From positions 96,001-160,000 of the forward strand of contig CAVVUS010000023.1 in assembly GCA_963751345.1 (NCBI GenBank): a stretch of 64,000 nt of DNA, written 5' to 3'. The stretch's first letter is position 1. Every line of letters starts with the position of its first letter. The translations under genes and the position numbers were made by a program. This stretch comes from an uncultured Chloroflexia bacterium (lineage in GTDB: Bacteria; Chloroflexota; Anaerolineae; B4-G1; SLSP01). Below, one piece after another: positions 63,081 through 64,000 of the stretch. The notes beneath the pieces were generated by a model that was not told the origin of the DNA, did no database searches, and saw only the letters and a program-made list of their open reading frames with translations.

Positions 63081-64000
63081 CTACACTTTCCTCTCGTAGA
63101 TCCGATAGGTCCGGTAGACCTCGGCCCCCACGTTGGCGGCAGTCTGGCGCATCGGTATGTTGCTCTCCAAGACCCAGGAGAACTCGATATCCTTGTACTT
63201 TGGCACGCAGCGTCGTATCGTCTCCGCGATGAGCAGCGCGTGTAGGCCCAGGTCCCGGTACTCCTCGACCACTCCACCGGCGAATGCCCGAAGCGTTGTG
63301 ACCTGCTTGCGCACTTTCCAGTTGTAGATCATCTTTGCCATCGTCCACCACTCCGGCACGCCCGGCCGAGGGTAAGCGCCGTGGAGAGCCTGGTTCATGT
63401 CGGGCAGTGGCAACCCGGCGGCGACGGGCCGCTCGTCCTTGAAGAGGAAGAAGATTGTGTTGGGATCGACGATCGGCTTGAGCGACTTGATCTCGTGGTC
63501 GAGCTCGGCATCGGTCAGGGGGACGAATCCCCAGTTCTTGGACCAGGCCTGGTTGTAGATGTCCTTGAAGTATCCCGCGTCTCGCTTGAAGTTGCTCATA
63601 TCGATGGGGCGCAGTACCAGGTCGTGTCGCTGACGGATGCGCTCCGCCACCCTCAGGATTTTCGGGTTGAGCCCGGTACCGTCCGGCTGCACCTGCCTGA
63701 CATTTTCCAGGAATGCGTAAAGGTTCTGCGCGTTGTAGTAGCCCGCGCTTTCGATGTAGTCCACATAATAGCGCGGGTTGTAGGTCATCATGATGACGGG
63801 CGGGCCATTCCACCCGTCGACCAGCAGGCCACACTCTTCGTTTGTCGAGAAGTTCATCGGGCCGCGGATGGTGTCGAGGCCCTCCTCGTGGATATACGCT
63901 TCTGCCGTGCGTAACAGCTCGTGCGCTGCCTCCTCATCCTGAAGTACCTCGAAGAGACCGAAGAAGCCGACCTTGTCATCCCAGTACTCGTTATGTCGAT
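63081..64000 (-). CDS. GNAT-like N-acetyltransferase family protein (5' end outside the window)
   Basis: GFFGLFE, RGPMNFSTNEECGLLVDG, YNPRYY, AWSKNWGFVP, SWVLESN, YRTYRIY. Confidence 0.8.
   Translation of the reverse strand, partial: RHNEYWDDKVGFFGLFEVLQDEEAAHELLRTAEAYIHEEGLDTIRGPMNFSTNEECGLLVDGWNGPPVIMMTYNPRYYVDYIESAGYYNAQNLYAFLENVRQVQPDGTGLNPKILRVAERIRQRHDLVLRPIDMSNFKRDAGYFKDIYNQAWSKNWGFVPLTDAELDHEIKSLKPIVDPNTIFFLFKDERPVAAGLPLPDMNQALHGAYPRPGVPEWWTMAKMIYNWKVRKQVTTLRAFAGGVVEEYRDLGLHALLIAETIRRCVPKYKDIEFSWVLESNIPMRQTAANVGAEVYRTYRIYERKV

Overview
High-GC bacterial chromosomal window. Gene content and style (dksA-lspA-rluD block, cohesin/LysM secreted proteins, several URO-D-like proteins, heptamer-arm intergenic palindromes) suggest Chloroflexota/Anaerolineae; this is inference only. 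It holds about 55 CDS, one tRNA-Leu(CAG), and no CRISPR array, prophage, integrase or transposase. More than 25 genes or gene segments are split by apparent single-base indels, most simply explained as long-read assembly error, so split ORFs are reported as single genes. Main blocks: dnaG 5' end and tatA; a GlcF-GlcD-GlcE triple fusion with an Ldh_2 oxidoreductase and rhamnulokinase; a ~20 kb divergent polyol/ketose cluster (SrlD, SorE-like, Zn-ADH, class II aldolase, two URO-D-like proteins, PHP, DUF89, cupin, DeoR, PfkB, MtlD-like, E1 alpha-beta fusion, E2); sulfatase-SLC13-anSME; gap, larA, GH31, mgtE; pfkA-kinase-SIS-SIS-ltaE; AOR-MoaD; GT39; two secreted cohesin proteins; dksA-lspA-rluD-nitrilase. 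Best candidates for novelty: (1) an enzyme-free cohesin-dockerin plus cohesin-LysM gene pair that could build a wall-anchored polymeric scaffold; (2) adjacent RluD-like and nitrilase-like proteins that both lack their catalytic residue; (3) a uORF/terminator attenuator-like leader upstream of mgtE; (4) two families of heptamer-arm palindromes found both alone and nested inside each other; (5) a PTS-free sorbose/polyol pathway containing URO-D-fold proteins.
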